Below, in pieces: positions 37,206 through 48,133 of a stretch of DNA of 64,000 bases. The DNA lies in assembly GCA_964529035.1 (NCBI GenBank), contig CAZGUG010000002.1, forward strand, positions 19,241-83,240, given 5' to 3'. The DNA comes from an uncultured Clostridium sp. (GTDB lineage Bacteria; Bacillota; Clostridia; Ch29). The position numbers and the translations under genes were made by a program. A model generated the notes under the pieces. That model saw only the letters and a program-made list of their open reading frames with translations, had not been told where the DNA came from and searched no databases. The stretch's first letter is position 1, and every line of letters begins with the position of its first letter.

Positions 37206-38081
37206 ATGGAAGATTGGGTAATTAAGTTCGATAAAATCGGCATTATTCCAAACCTTCAGAAGGCTAGCAGTCTGGATGTGACCAGACAACTTATAGAATG
37301 GCTGGAAAAAAGCGGGGCAAAGGTACTGCTCAACGAGATAACCGCCAGTGAAGTGGAAAGGCCGGACCTGGCAGAAAGACCAGTCGAGATATATAAGAAT
37401 TCGGATTTTATTATAGTGCTGGGCGGTGACGGTACACTTCTGTCGGTTGCAAGGCAAGTAATATGGCACCAGACACCCATACTGGGGATCAACCTGGGGC
37501 ATTTCGGTTTTTTAACCGAACTGGAAACCGAAAGCATGTATGAAGGTTTGGAAAGGATAAGGGGGGGGGACTACCGGGTAGAAAGTAGGATGATGCTGGA
37601 AGCCGTAGTGGTGAAGGACAATATGATTAACGACAGCTTCGCGGCACTTAATGATATAGTCATATCAAAGGGTTCCTTTTCAAGAATTATCAGGCTCAGG
37701 ACATATATCAATCAAAGCTACGTGGAAACATATTCGGCAGATGGTATTATTATTTCAAGTCCCACAGGTTCTACCGCCTATTCCCTTTCAGCCGGCGGCC
37801 CCATTCTAAGTCCCGACCTGGCCGGAATGGTTATAACTCCCATAAGCCCGCACACAATGAATTCAAGGTCAATAGTTATTTCTCAAAATGAAGAGGTCAA
37901 GGTGGAACTTGTGGAGGATAAAAACGATGTTATGCTGACGGTAGACGGACAGCAGGGTTACAGGCTGAACGCTGGCGATATCGTAATAGTCAGGAAGGCT
38001 GAATTTACGGCAAACATGATAAAGCTTAGGGATAAGAACTTTTATGACGTGCTGAGGACAAAACTAAATGAAAAAGAGTGA
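37206..38081 (+). CDS. nadK: NAD(+) kinase
   Basis: GGDGT motif (VLGGDGTLL) and NE/D motif. RBS GGAAGGAG precedes ATG 37206. Confidence 0.85.
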   Translation: MEDWVIKFDKIGIIPNLQKASSLDVTRQLIEWLEKSGAKVLLNEITASEVERPDLAERPVEIYKNSDFIIVLGGDGTLLSVARQVIWHQTPILGINLGHFGFLTELETESMYEGLERIRGGDYRVESRMMLEAVVVKDNMINDSFAALNDIVISKGSFSRIIRLRTYINQSYVETYSADGIIISSPTGSTAYSLSAGGPILSPDLAGMVITPISPHTMNSRSIVISQNEEVKVELVEDKNDVMLTVDGQQGYRLNAGDIVIVRKAEFTANMIKLRDKNFYDVLRTKLNEKE

Positions 38082-38122
38082 TAAAGGTGGCAACTGGCAC
38101 CTTATTCAAGGAGGTTGGTCAA

Positions 38123-38572
38123 ATGAGAAACGCCCGGCATGCCAAAATACTGGAACTTATCGACAATAAAGAGATTGAAACGCAGGAGGAACTGGCGGAG
38201 GAGCTTAAAAACTGCGGTTTTAACATTACCCAGGCCACAGTGTCAAGGGACATTAAGGTGCTGCGGCTTATAAAGACCTTAAGCGAAAGCGGTAAGTACA
38301 AATACACAACAATAAAACCCCATGACAGCGAACTTGTGGACAAGCATGTAAAAGTGTTCATGGAAGCCATGATTGGTGTAGATTATGCGGCAAACATGGT
38401 GGTAATAAAAACCATCCCGGGGGCTGCCCAGGGATCGGCTGCAGCAATAGACGCAATGGACTGGGGGGATATTGTAGGCACCATTGCCGGGGATGATACT
38501 ATTTTTGTGGCTACCAGGGATGAAAAAAAAGCGGTGCAGGTAATGGAAAAAATAAAGAAACTGATAGAGTAG
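38123..38572 (+). CDS. argR: Arginine repressor
   Basis: Winged-helix N-terminus and C-terminal oligomerisation domain GTIAGDDTIFV. RBS AAGGAGG. Confidence 0.85.
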   Translation: MRNARHAKILELIDNKEIETQEELAEELKNCGFNITQATVSRDIKVLRLIKTLSESGKYKYTTIKPHDSELVDKHVKVFMEAMIGVDYAANMVVIKTIPGAAQGSAAAIDAMDWGDIVGTIAGDDTIFVATRDEKKAVQVMEKIKKLIE

Positions 38573-38591
38573 AAATGGAGGTCAACCGGAG

Positions 38592-40295
38592 ATGCTGCTG
38601 GAACTTAACATTTCGAACTTTGCTCTCATAGATAATGTCCGCCTTAGCTTGGAAGACGGACTTAATGTTTTAACAGGAGAAACCGGGGCAGGAAAATCCA
38701 TAATAATTGATGCAGTAAACCTGGTACTGGGTGAAAGGGCGGATACCGACATAATACGGACAGGAGCCAAAAAGGCAGTGGTAGAAGCCCTTTTTGATTG
38801 TTCAGGGATAGACGGGCTTGAATTTTTTTTGCAGTCTATGGGAATTGAACAGGAATCCGATAAAACAATAGTACTGTCGAGGGAAATTAGAAGCGGTAGG
38901 AGTATAAGCAGGATAAACGGCAGGACGGTGCCTTTATCAAGTGTAAAGCAGCTAAGCCGGCATCTTATTGATATACACGGCCAGCACCAACACCAGTCCC
39001 TTTTGGATGTGCACAACCATTTGGATATTCTGGACCAGTTCGGTGGTCAGGAAATAACAAAACTAAGGAACAAGATTGCATCAATGTATGAAAGACTGGC
39101 CCGACTGGAAAAAGAGCTTGGATTGAACGTCAAGAACGAAATGGAAAGGGAAAGAAATATAGACCTTTACTCTTACCAGGTGCAGGAAATTGAGGATGCA
39201 AATCTAGAAATAGGCGAGGAAGAGGAGCTTCTTCGCCGGCGCGAAGTAATGGTTAACGCTGAAAAAATATATCAGTCCCTGGCGCAGAGCTATCAATTGC
39301 TTTATGGAAATGATGAATCTGCAGGGATAACGGTAGTAAACGGAATCGGTCAGGTTAACGCACTGCTTTCTCCCTATGCAGACATGGACGACAGAATTGC
39401 AGGTTTTCAGCGTATTACCGAGACCTCTTACCATTCCCTGAGGGAAATGTCCAGGGATATTCGAAGTTTTCTTGAAGGCTTTGAGTTTGACAAATCGAAG
39501 CTGAACAGTATTGAGGAAAGGCTTGAACTTATAAACAGGCTGAAAAGAAAATACGGCAGGACCATAGAAGAAATACTTGAATACTGCCGCAATAGATACA
39601 TTGAACTTGAAAGGCTGAAAAACAGCGAACAGCTGCAGCAGAGAATCAGGGCGGAAATAGGCGAATTGGAAAGGGATCTGAAAAGAGAGTGCAAAGTATT
39701 GTCCGAGCTGAGAAAAAAGGCGGCAGACTACCTGGCCAAAAAGGTTACATCCGAGATTGTGAAGCTGGGGATGAACAACGGTGCCTTCGCGGTTGACATG
39801 CAGCAGACAGAAAAGTTTACACCGAAGGGTACCGATATGGTGGAGTTTTTGTTCAGCGCCAACCTCGGCGAGCCGCTCAAGTCTTTGAACAAAATAGCAT
39901 CCGGCGGGGAAATGTCAAGGATTATGCTTGCGATAAAGAGATGCCTTGCCGATACCGACAAGATACCCACGCTTATATTTGATGAGATTGATTCCGGTAT
40001 AAGCGGCAGAACCGCCCAGGTTGTTGCACAGCAGCTTGCAAGTGTATCAAAAAAACACCAGGTGGTATGCGTAACCCATCTGCCGCAAATTGCAGCCATG
40101 GCTGATAATCATTGCATGTTATTAAAGGAAGAAAAAGACGGCAAAACTCAAACAAGGCTCGAAGTATTGGAAAGGAATCAAAAAATCAAAGAACTAGCAA
40201 GGCTGATGGGAGGAGCAAAGGTAACCGAGCTTACCATAAGACATTCAGAAGAAATGTTAAAAATGGCTGAGACCGTTAAAGAGAGAGCAAAATAG
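38592..40295 (+). CDS. recN: DNA repair protein RecN
   Basis: Walker A GETGAGKS, coiled-coil, signature motif and Walker B. Confidence 0.9.
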   Translation: MLLELNISNFALIDNVRLSLEDGLNVLTGETGAGKSIIIDAVNLVLGERADTDIIRTGAKKAVVEALFDCSGIDGLEFFLQSMGIEQESDKTIVLSREIRSGRSISRINGRTVPLSSVKQLSRHLIDIHGQHQHQSLLDVHNHLDILDQFGGQEITKLRNKIASMYERLARLEKELGLNVKNEMERERNIDLYSYQVQEIEDANLEIGEEEELLRRREVMVNAEKIYQSLAQSYQLLYGNDESAGITVVNGIGQVNALLSPYADMDDRIAGFQRITETSYHSLREMSRDIRSFLEGFEFDKSKLNSIEERLELINRLKRKYGRTIEEILEYCRNRYIELERLKNSEQLQQRIRAEIGELERDLKRECKVLSELRKKAADYLAKKVTSEIVKLGMNNGAFAVDMQQTEKFTPKGTDMVEFLFSANLGEPLKSLNKIASGGEMSRIMLAIKRCLADTDKIPTLIFDEIDSGISGRTAQVVAQQLASVSKKHQVVCVTHLPQIAAMADNHCMLLKEEKDGKTQTRLEVLERNQKIKELARLMGGAKVTELTIRHSEEMLKMAETVKERAK

Positions 40296-40306
40296 CTCTT
40301 TTTTTG
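40282..40306 (+). terminator. Candidate terminator after recN
   Basis: Stem gagagagc / gctcttt followed by T-run. Confidence 0.45.
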
Positions 40307-40437
40307 CAAATATCAGCTTTTTACACATTATTTTTGTAGCATAATTCATTTTTCAAAGGGTTAACTTATAATTAGAAATCAAATTTTTTGGAGGTGGGCA
40401 AAAACAGGCTCTTGGGCTTTTAGGAGCGTGATACAGC

Positions 40438-41763
40438 TTGGGGAGCAGGCATAAGGCAGCGCTAATGGCTATAATTCTAGTAATAACCATGGTGTCTGCA
40501 TCTGTTTTATTAGACATCTATAAATTTGCCAAAATGCCCGAAGAGTACCTGGTGATTGAAGGCGAAGAGGCAACAATAAACCTGAGACTGCCCTTCAGCA
40601 TACTGGCAACCAGCGAGAGTGAAGGAGTCATCAAGTTAAACGGTTTAAAGGTAACCACAACCGGAATCAGCGTTGTGAGCAGTCATCCACTGTTGATACA
40701 AACGATGGATACCGGAAATTCCAACATTGAATTCCGATTATTCGGTATCATACCCCTAAAAAGAATGACGGTGTCGGTAATACCTCCAATAAAGGTTATT
40801 CCCGGAGGGCATTCGATTGGAGTAAAGCTTTTTACCCAGGGAGTCCTGGTGGTGGCTGTGGCCGATGTTACTGCTATTGACGGAAGAAGCTACAATCCCG
40901 CAGCCCAGGCTGGGATTTCTGTGGGGGATTCAATAATAGCGATAAACGGAATAAAGGTAAGGGATGCTGACCACGTTATAGACCTTCTGAACAAATGTGG
41001 CACCGAAACCATAAACCTGGAAATCAGGAGGGATAATCAAACCCTTACCAAAAGCATAAAACCCGTAAAGAGCCAGGAGGATGGCAAGTATCGTATAGGG
41101 GCATGGGTGAGGGATAAAACCGCCGGAGTTGGAACCCTAAGCTTTTATTACCAGGAAACAGGCGTATTCGGTGCTCTTGGACATGCGGTTACCGATGTGG
41201 ATACCGGATTGATGCTGTCGGTGGAAGAAGGTGAAATATTAGAATCAAGGATAGCTTCGATTCAGAAAGGCGAAAAAAGCAGGCCGGGTGAGATACGTGG
41301 AATTTTTTTTGAAGAGCAGAATAAACTGGGGCTTATTGAAAAAAACACAGAGTTTGGAATATACGGAAAGCTGATAAGACCCCTGGAAAACGCTTTCTAT
41401 CCCCGGCCAATACCTGTTGCGCTGCGACATCAGATCAAGGAAGGGCCCGCGTATATACTGACAACGGTAAATGAAAAGATAGATTTGTATACTGTGGAGA
41501 TACAAAAGGTTGCCAACCAATACCACCCGGAGCCCAAAAGCATGGTGGTAAGGATAACCGACGAGAGGCTCTTAAATACCACCGGGGGAATAGTACAGGG
41601 AATGAGTGGGAGCCCAATAATACAGGACGACAGGTTGGCGGGCATTATCACCCACGTATTTGTCAACGACCCCACCCGGGGGTACGGGATTTTTGCAGAA
41701 TGGATGATACAAAATGCACAGCTTAATGACAAGGGTATCAGGGAAGTGGACAAAGCTGAGTAA
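40438..41763 (+). CDS. spoIVB: SpoIVB peptidase (S55) with PDZ domain
   Basis: Signal-anchor, PDZ domain and the catalytic Ser in GGIVQGMSGSPII. Confidence 0.85.
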   Translation: MGSRHKAALMAIILVITMVSASVLLDIYKFAKMPEEYLVIEGEEATINLRLPFSILATSESEGVIKLNGLKVTTTGISVVSSHPLLIQTMDTGNSNIEFRLFGIIPLKRMTVSVIPPIKVIPGGHSIGVKLFTQGVLVVAVADVTAIDGRSYNPAAQAGISVGDSIIAINGIKVRDADHVIDLLNKCGTETINLEIRRDNQTLTKSIKPVKSQEDGKYRIGAWVRDKTAGVGTLSFYYQETGVFGALGHAVTDVDTGLMLSVEEGEILESRIASIQKGEKSRPGEIRGIFFEEQNKLGLIEKNTEFGIYGKLIRPLENAFYPRPIPVALRHQIKEGPAYILTTVNEKIDLYTVEIQKVANQYHPEPKSMVVRITDERLLNTTGGIVQGMSGSPIIQDDRLAGIITHVFVNDPTRGYGIFAEWMIQNAQLNDKGIREVDKAE

Positions 41764-41861
41764 TACCCGAAAGGGTATTCTCAGTTTTTATTATATAATG
41801 GGAGATGTTAATCCAATATGCAGAAATTATATCCATACAATATAAAATTTGCTAATATAGG

Positions 41862-41887
41862 AGGAATTGATTTCCCTTTGTCGAATA
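41862..41887 (+). promoter_or_regulatory. Putative sigma-H-type promoter overlapping a Spo0A box upstream of spo0A
   Basis: AGGAATT (41862-41868), a 13-nt spacer, then CGAATA (41882-41887), which fits the sigma-H consensus RNAGGAWWW-N11-13-RNNGAAT. The 0A-box TGTCGAA lies at 41879-41885, with a variant TGTCAAC at 41893-41899. Confidence 0.4.
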
Positions 41888-41927
41888 CGTATTTGTCAAC
41901 CAAAATAAATTAAAAGGAGGGCTCCTT

Positions 41928-42722
41928 TTGAATGAGAAAAAGATAAAAATAGTAATCGCAGACGATAACAAAGAGTTTTGCGATATTGTAGGCGAATACT
42001 TGGAAAGGGAAAAGGACATAGAACTTGTGGGAACTGCAAATGATGGGCTGGAGGCCATTGATTTGGTACGCGAAAGCTGTCCGGATATACTGGTGCTGGA
42101 TATAATAATGCCCCATCTGGACGGACTGGGAGTATTGGAAAAGCTGAATTCGATGGCTTTGGATAAGGTGCCCAATGTAATAGTGCTGTCGGCAGTAGGC
42201 CAGGACAAGATAACCCAGAGGGCTTTGGCATTGGGAGCGGATTATTATATTGTTAAGCCCTTTGACATGCAGATATTTATAAAGAGAATAAGGCAGACCA
42301 TGGACAACAATGTGGTACCCATCGAAAAGAAAAGAAAGAACCAGCCTGAAACATATTTTACCGAAGGCCAGAGCCTGGATGTGGAAATAACCAATATAAT
42401 ACATGAAATAGGCGTACCGGCCCATATCAAAGGATACCTGTACCTTCGGGAGGCAATCAAAACCGTGGTAAACGATATTGAAATGTTAAGTGCGGTAACA
42501 AAGGAGTTGTATCCTGCCATAGCCAAGAAATACAACACAACCGCCAGCAGGGTGGAAAGGGCGATAAGGCATGCCATAGAGGTTGCCTGGAGCAGGGGCA
42601 AGGTTGATACCATAAACAGCCTGTTTGGATACACTATACATAACGACAAAGGGAAGCCCACCAATTCCGAATTTATAGCAATGGTAGCAGACAAGATAAG
42701 ATTAAGGCAGAGAATAAGCTGA
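41928..42722 (+). CDS. spo0A: Sporulation master regulator Spo0A
   Basis: Receiver domain ([15 protein letters not shown]) plus the Spo0A-specific C-terminal DNA-binding domain. Start is TTG after AAAGGAGGG. Confidence 0.9.
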   Translation: MNEKKIKIVIADDNKEFCDIVGEYLEREKDIELVGTANDGLEAIDLVRESCPDILVLDIIMPHLDGLGVLEKLNSMALDKVPNVIVLSAVGQDKITQRALALGADYYIVKPFDMQIFIKRIRQTMDNNVVPIEKKRKNQPETYFTEGQSLDVEITNIIHEIGVPAHIKGYLYLREAIKTVVNDIEMLSAVTKELYPAIAKKYNTTASRVERAIRHAIEVAWSRGKVDTINSLFGYTIHNDKGKPTNSEFIAMVADKIRLRQRIS

Positions 42723-42731
42723 GGAAAACAA

Positions 42732-42770
42732 ACACCCCGCACTCACATTGGAAATGCGGGGTGTTTTTTA
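42732..42770 (+). terminator. Rho-independent terminator after spo0A
   Basis: Stem acaccccgca / tgcggggtgt followed by T6. Confidence 0.7.
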
Positions 42771-42789
42771 TTTACAAACAGAACTGTGG

Positions 42790-43406
42790 ACGGTTCCTTT
42801 AAAAACCACAAGGAAAGAAGGATTAATTATCTCAAGAAACACGGCCCTTGCGGCACTTCCCCTTCTTGTTGTTTCGTTATATGTTTACTATCCATTTGTG
42901 GCAAGCTTTGCCGGGAAAGAGATTCCGTTTCCGATATTTATGGCGTTTGTTGCGGGTAAACAGGTTTATGACTTTGCCCGTCTGCCTATGGAGATAAGCT
43001 TCATAGGGCCCGGCATTGCCCTTATACGGAATTTAATAACCATACCGGTACCCATTATAATGGGACTTCTGGCCCGTTATTTTTATCCGGGTAAATTCGC
43101 CGAAACCCCGTTTTGGAAAGAAGGTGGAAACATTGGCGGTACCAACATTAATCCTTAGTGCGCAAGCATCTTGAAGGGCTAAAACTGGGCCTTAAACAGA
43201 TGATTGGGCTAATCCCGGTTATACTGGCGGCTTTTATTCTCGCTGGCATGCTGGAGGCGGTTATCCCTAAGGAGTTTATAAGGCAGTGGCTGGCCAAAGA
43301 AGCGGGTTTTAAGGGGATTTTCCTGGGAACCTTCGTTTGTATTTCTAGATTTTGCAAAACAGCAGGGAATAAGTGTAAGCAACAAACCCGGCGAATTTTC
43401 GTCTGA
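42790..43406 (+). pseudogene. Decayed permease gene (DUF318/ArsP-like fragments in two frames)
   Basis: Frame A (42748-43158) and frame B (43158-43406) each encode membrane-helix fragments (…LIPVILAAFILAGMLEAVIPKEFIRQWLAKEAGFKGIFLGTF…). There is no intact ORF, the frame switches, and the first ORF begins inside the spo0A terminator. Confidence 0.3.
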
Positions 43407-43417
43407 CTTAGTATATA

Positions 43418-44092
43418 ATGTTAATGACTACTAAAAGGAAAGCGAGTGTATCAATGGACAGCGGCAAACTGGCAATTTATATATTGATTGGCCTGGTAAT
43501 GTTGTTAAACTGTGTCTATACCGGTATTAAGAAACGAAGAGACAAAAATTTCTATCAAGAACCCGGACTTATTAACCTTTTATCGGCAAGCGCCGGTACA
43601 ATCCTGTTGGTGTATGATTTTGCAGGGCTCTGGAAATTTGATGTAGACAGGGATTCAAGATTGGCCGTTTTTCTTGTTGGGATATTGGTCCTGTTGGCCA
43701 TTTTCGTTGCCTTCAGAAACCTTTTGGCCGGCAAAAAGTATACGGTTCATAACATTGAAAAGAAAAACCTGGAGCAAATACTGATTAAGACACTGGAAAG
43801 GTATGAACTGGAATATGAAAAGGAAGAAAGGCACCCCCAGTCTATGGTTAATAATATAATGCTGGTACAATATGATGCCTCATTGGAGATAACACAAAGA
43901 GGAGGCAAAGGGACCACCTTTGACCTGGTATTTAAGAAATTTGAACACGTATACTATTTTGAAGACATCATCCTGGATATAAGAAATAGCGTTAATGAAA
44001 GCTCAGAGGCAGACAGGCTGCGGGGCATATATGAATTTGCAGCGGCTGCCGCAATTTTACTGATTGCCGGCTGGCTGAGCAGATTGTTCTGA
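43418..44092 (+). CDS. Hypothetical membrane protein (three transmembrane segments plus a soluble C-terminal domain)
   Basis: ORF with hydrophobic segments; no recognisable motif. Confidence 0.4.
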   Translation: MLMTTKRKASVSMDSGKLAIYILIGLVMLLNCVYTGIKKRRDKNFYQEPGLINLLSASAGTILLVYDFAGLWKFDVDRDSRLAVFLVGILVLLAIFVAFRNLLAGKKYTVHNIEKKNLEQILIKTLERYELEYEKEERHPQSMVNNIMLVQYDASLEITQRGGKGTTFDLVFKKFEHVYYFEDIILDIRNSVNESSEADRLRGIYEFAAAAAILLIAGWLSRLF

Positions 44093-44135
44093 ATATTAAG
44101 GTATGACGATAAAAATCCTTTAGAAAACTTCATGA

Positions 44136-44720
44136 TTATAGAAATAATGAAACAGCGCAGTAAACCAGCAGAAGCGCCATAACAGCATTTATAACCCTGT
44201 CGTTTTTTACAAGGAACCTTTGAAAAACCGAGCCCAGAAGCGCCCAACTGCAGGTGGATAAAAAGGCCGTGAAGGCAAGAAACAGTGCAAAGCCTGCAAG
44301 AACCGGCAACGATTTGTAATAGGGTACAATAAAGGTGGAAACAAGCGTAATGCCATAGAGAATAACCTTTGGATTGACAAACTGCAAAAAAAGCCCTGCC
44401 GAAAAGGTATTGGTGCGTTTTTGGCCGTTACTTCCGCCGTGGGGTTTACTGTTATAGGTTTTCCACGCCAGCCACAGTATGTAGGAAGCGCCGATATAGG
44501 TCATAACAGGTTTTACAGACGGGATAAAACTAAAAAGCGCCACGCTGAATATGCTGCAGAGTGACATTATTATGAAAAAACCGAAAAATACGCCAACATT
44601 GAACTTTATACTTTTTCTGAAACCGTAACGGCTGGCGTTTGACATGGACATAATGTTGTTAGGTCCCGGCGTAAAGGTGGTAACCAAGACATAGGATAAG
44701 AATGCTGCAAAATTAGGCAT
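44136..44720 (-). CDS. LysE/RhtB-family amino-acid exporter
   Basis: TFTPGPNN N-terminal signature, six transmembrane segments, 194 aa. Confidence 0.8.
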   Translation of the reverse strand: MPNFAAFLSYVLVTTFTPGPNNIMSMSNASRYGFRKSIKFNVGVFFGFFIIMSLCSIFSVALFSFIPSVKPVMTYIGASYILWLAWKTYNSKPHGGSNGQKRTNTFSAGLFLQFVNPKVILYGITLVSTFIVPYYKSLPVLAGFALFLAFTAFLSTCSWALLGSVFQRFLVKNDRVINAVMALLLVYCAVSLFL

Positions 44721-44903
44721 GTGTATTTACCCCCGGTTTTCTGTATGATAAAATTTATATAAGAGACCGTATAAAAGATAACAGTTTAATCATAATACTG
44801 CTTTTGTGTTATGTCAAAAAAACGGTATGCACCGGGGACGGTATTTTCGTCCCTTTTATATTATATTCATTGCAGCGAGATAAACAATGGGAGGGCGGCT
44901 TCC

Positions 44904-45197
44904 ATGCACTTTGTTTACATGCTCAAATGCAGGGACGGTTCACTGTACACCGGGTGGACAACAGATGTAAAAAGAAGATTAAGGGAACACAACAGCGGAA
45001 GGGGAGCTAAGTGTACACGGGCCAGGCTTCCGGTGACATTGTTATATTCTGAAAGCTTTCAGACAAAGAAGGAAGCCATGCAGAGGGAGTATTACATCAA
45101 ACAGCTTACCAGGGAAGAAAAACTGGAGCTTGTGAGGGCGTCTGCCTCCACCGGAAAAGATGAAAAACCTCATAATAAGGATAAAAATGTAGTATAA
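44904..45197 (+). CDS. GIY-YIG nuclease-family small protein (UPF0213/YazA-like)
   Basis: [29 protein letters not shown] contains the GIY..YIG motif with Arg/Glu. RBS GGGAGGG precedes ATG 44904. Confidence 0.7.
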   Translation: MHFVYMLKCRDGSLYTGWTTDVKRRLREHNSGRGAKCTRARLPVTLLYSESFQTKKEAMQREYYIKQLTREEKLELVRASASTGKDEKPHNKDKNVV

Positions 45198-45262
45198 TAG
45201 TACCAGTTATTGGAGGATAAGGAGGATTATACAGTATAGGAATGCGGGAGGGTAGCCTTATT

Positions 45263-46165
45263 TTGAAAAAGACACTTGTAATACTAATTGCCCTGATGCT
45301 TACCGCTTGTACGGGACCTGTCGACCGGCACAAGCAGGAAAACAGCGGAGGCATCAAGCCTTTAGACAATGAAAGCTGTTATACTGAGAGGCCCGGCATG
45401 GAGGAAACGAGTTTAATAAAGCCGCAGGGCACCACAGTGCGGGACAGGATAAAGGTTCCGGAAGGTTTTGAAAGGGTTGGAGCGGAGCCGGATACCTTTG
45501 CCAGTTATCTTAGAAATCTGCCCCTTAAACCCCACGGATCAAAGGTCTTGTATTATGACGGCCGTGAAAAAGGCCGGGATGTTCATCTGGCAGTGGTAGA
45601 CATGGACATAGGCGACAGGGACCTGCAGCAGTGTGCCGATGCGGTAATACGGCTTAGGGCGGAGTATTTGTACAAGCAGCAACAGTACAACAGGATACGT
45701 TTTAATTTTACAAACGGATTTGACGCCCGGTACGAAAAATGGATGCAGGGTAAAAGGATTTCGGTAAGCGGAAATGACGTCAGTTGGGTTGACCGGGCCG
45801 AGCCTTCAAATGACTATCAAAGTTTCAGAAAATATCTCGATATGGTGTTCGCCTATGCCGGTACCCTTTCACTGTCAAAGGAGCTTGAAAAGGTTAATGA
45901 TGCCGATTTGAAGATAGGGGATGTATTCATAGAAGGGGGAAGCCCCGGACACTGCGTGATTGTGGTTGACCTGGCGGAATGCGGCGATACCGGAGAAAGG
46001 CTTTTTCTGTTGGCCCAGAGCTATATGCCGGCCCAGGATATTCATATACTGAAGAACCCCGGGAATAAGCAGATAAGCCCGTGGTATTCCGACGACTATG
46101 GCAATACGCTGGTCACACCGGAATGGACCTTTGACAGGGATGACTTGATGAGTTTCGGGGAATAA
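45263..46165 (+). CDS. Putative lipoprotein (possibly DUF4846-like)
   Basis: MKKTLVILIALMLTAC has a lipobox, LTAC. The likely start is TTG 45263 after GGGAGGG. Confidence 0.5.
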   Translation: MKKTLVILIALMLTACTGPVDRHKQENSGGIKPLDNESCYTERPGMEETSLIKPQGTTVRDRIKVPEGFERVGAEPDTFASYLRNLPLKPHGSKVLYYDGREKGRDVHLAVVDMDIGDRDLQQCADAVIRLRAEYLYKQQQYNRIRFNFTNGFDARYEKWMQGKRISVSGNDVSWVDRAEPSNDYQSFRKYLDMVFAYAGTLSLSKELEKVNDADLKIGDVFIEGGSPGHCVIVVDLAECGDTGERLFLLAQSYMPAQDIHILKNPGNKQISPWYSDDYGNTLVTPEWTFDRDDLMSFGE

Positions 46166-46250
46166 CTGTTGAAAATGCTGCATTGGTATGTATATTATAT
46201 TTACAGGGGCCGGAAGACGGAAATTTTTGCATAGGGAGGAAATCTTAAAG

Positions 46251-47981
46251 ATGGTAGATGAGGCTAGAGACGAAAGAAAGATGAATTTCATTCAGGGCAT
46301 AATTGACGAGGACCTTAAAAACAATGTATATGGTGGACGTGTGCATACCCGTTTCCCCCCCGAACCGAACGGCTATCTTCATATAGGACACGCCAAGTCC
46401 ATATGCCTTAATTTTGGCATTGCAGCGAGGAACAACGGGCTGTGCAATCTCAGGTTTGACGACACAAATCCCAGCAAGGAAGAAGTGGAATATGTGGAAT
46501 CAATAAAGGAGGATGTAAAATGGCTGGGGTTTGACTGGGAAGACCGTGAGTATTACGCCTCGGATTACTTCGAAGAACTGTATGACTACGCAATTAAACT
46601 AATAAAGCTGGGAAAGGCATATGTATGCGACCTGAGCGCTGAACAGATAAGGGAATACAGGGGTACGCTTACCGAGCCCGGCAGGAACAGTCCCCACCGC
46701 GACCGTTCGGTAGAGGAAAACCTTGATTTGTTCGAAAGGATGCGGGCGGGAGAGTTCCCCGACGGTTCCCGGGTACTGAGGGCAAAGATAGATATGGCTT
46801 CGTCCAACCTTAACATGAGGGACCCGGTTATTTACAGAATAATGCACGCTTCACACCACAGAACCGGTGACAAATGGTGTATTTATCCCATGTACGATTA
46901 TGCCCATCCCCTTTCTGACGCTATTGAGGGTATTACCCACTCCATTTGCACGTTGGAATTTGAGGACCACCGTCCATTGTACGACTGGCTGATTGAGAAT
47001 GTGGACCCAAAGGTGCATCCAAAGCAGATAGAATTTGCGCGGCTCAACCTTACAAATACTGTGATGAGCAAGCGTAAATTAAGAAAGCTGGTGGAAGAGG
47101 GTTTTGTGAGCGGCTGGGATGACCCGCGCATGCCTACCATTTCCGGTTTGAGAAGGCGGGGTTACACTCCATCGTCGCTGCGGGATTTTTGTGACCGTAT
47201 AGGGGTAGCCAAAAGCAACAGCACGGTTGATATAGCGCTTCTGGAACACTGTATCAGGGAAGATTTAAAGGCAAAGGCTCCCAGGGTCATGGCGGTTTTA
47301 AACCCTGTTAAGCTTATTATAGAAAACTATCCGGTAGACAGCATGGAATACCTTGAAGCGGAGTATAATCCCGAAAATCCGGAACTGGGAAGCAGAAAGA
47401 TGCCTTTTTCGAGGGAGCTTTATATTGAACGGGAAGACTTTTTTGAAGTACCTCCTCCGAAGTTCTTCAGGCTTTCCCCGGGCAAGGAAGTCCGTTTGAA
47501 GAATGCCTATATAATAAAGTGTGTTGGCGTTGTAAAGGATGAAACCACAGGGGAAGTTGCAGAAATACGGTGCATATACCATCCCGATACAAAAAGCGGC
47601 GGGCCTGCCAGCGGCAGGAAGGTCAAAGGTACTATCCAGTGGGTTTGTGCTGAACACGCGGTGGATGCGGAAGTAAGGCTTTACGGATATTTGTTTGCCG
47701 ATGAGAATCCCGAAAGCGAAGAGGGAGTGGATTTCAAAACAAAGTTGAACAAAGACTCACTGCAAAGGTTTTGTTCATGCATGCTGGAACCGGCGATGGA
47801 AGATGCAGAACCGGGAAAACGATACCAGTTTTTGAGGCATGGGTACTTCTACGTGGACAAGGATACACATAATGCCGGCAAACCGGTTTTTAACCGTATA
47901 GTATCACTGAAGGACACCTGGGCCAAAATCAGAAATAAAAACAAACAAGAGTACCGGACGATGAAAATGAGGCAACCGTAA
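46251..47981 (+). CDS. glnS: Glutamine--tRNA ligase
   Basis: HIGH motif ([14 protein letters not shown]), KMSKS variant VMSKRKL and a C-terminal anticodon-binding beta-barrel. Confidence 0.85.
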   Translation: MVDEARDERKMNFIQGIIDEDLKNNVYGGRVHTRFPPEPNGYLHIGHAKSICLNFGIAARNNGLCNLRFDDTNPSKEEVEYVESIKEDVKWLGFDWEDREYYASDYFEELYDYAIKLIKLGKAYVCDLSAEQIREYRGTLTEPGRNSPHRDRSVEENLDLFERMRAGEFPDGSRVLRAKIDMASSNLNMRDPVIYRIMHASHHRTGDKWCIYPMYDYAHPLSDAIEGITHSICTLEFEDHRPLYDWLIENVDPKVHPKQIEFARLNLTNTVMSKRKLRKLVEEGFVSGWDDPRMPTISGLRRRGYTPSSLRDFCDRIGVAKSNSTVDIALLEHCIREDLKAKAPRVMAVLNPVKLIIENYPVDSMEYLEAEYNPENPELGSRKMPFSRELYIEREDFFEVPPPKFFRLSPGKEVRLKNAYIIKCVGVVKDETTGEVAEIRCIYHPDTKSGGPASGRKVKGTIQWVCAEHAVDAEVRLYGYLFADENPESEEGVDFKTKLNKDSLQRFCSCMLEPAMEDAEPGKRYQFLRHGYFYVDKDTHNAGKPVFNRIVSLKDTWAKIRNKNKQEYRTMKMRQP

Positions 47982-48061
47982 AATGATTATGTTAACAAGC
48001 ATGGGTGTTTTTAGTACATTCATTCCAAATAGACGGAAAAATTATAAGTCAGGAATAAAAA

Positions 48062-48093
48062 AATTGTCCCAAAGGGGGCAATTTTTATTGTTT
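48062..48093 (+). terminator. Candidate terminator after glnS
   Basis: Stem aattgtccc / ggggcaatt (one G-U wobble) followed by tttattgttt. Confidence 0.5.
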
Positions 48094-48133
48094 AAAAGCA
48101 AATAATAAACCTAGTATAAGGGAGCAGCAAAGG

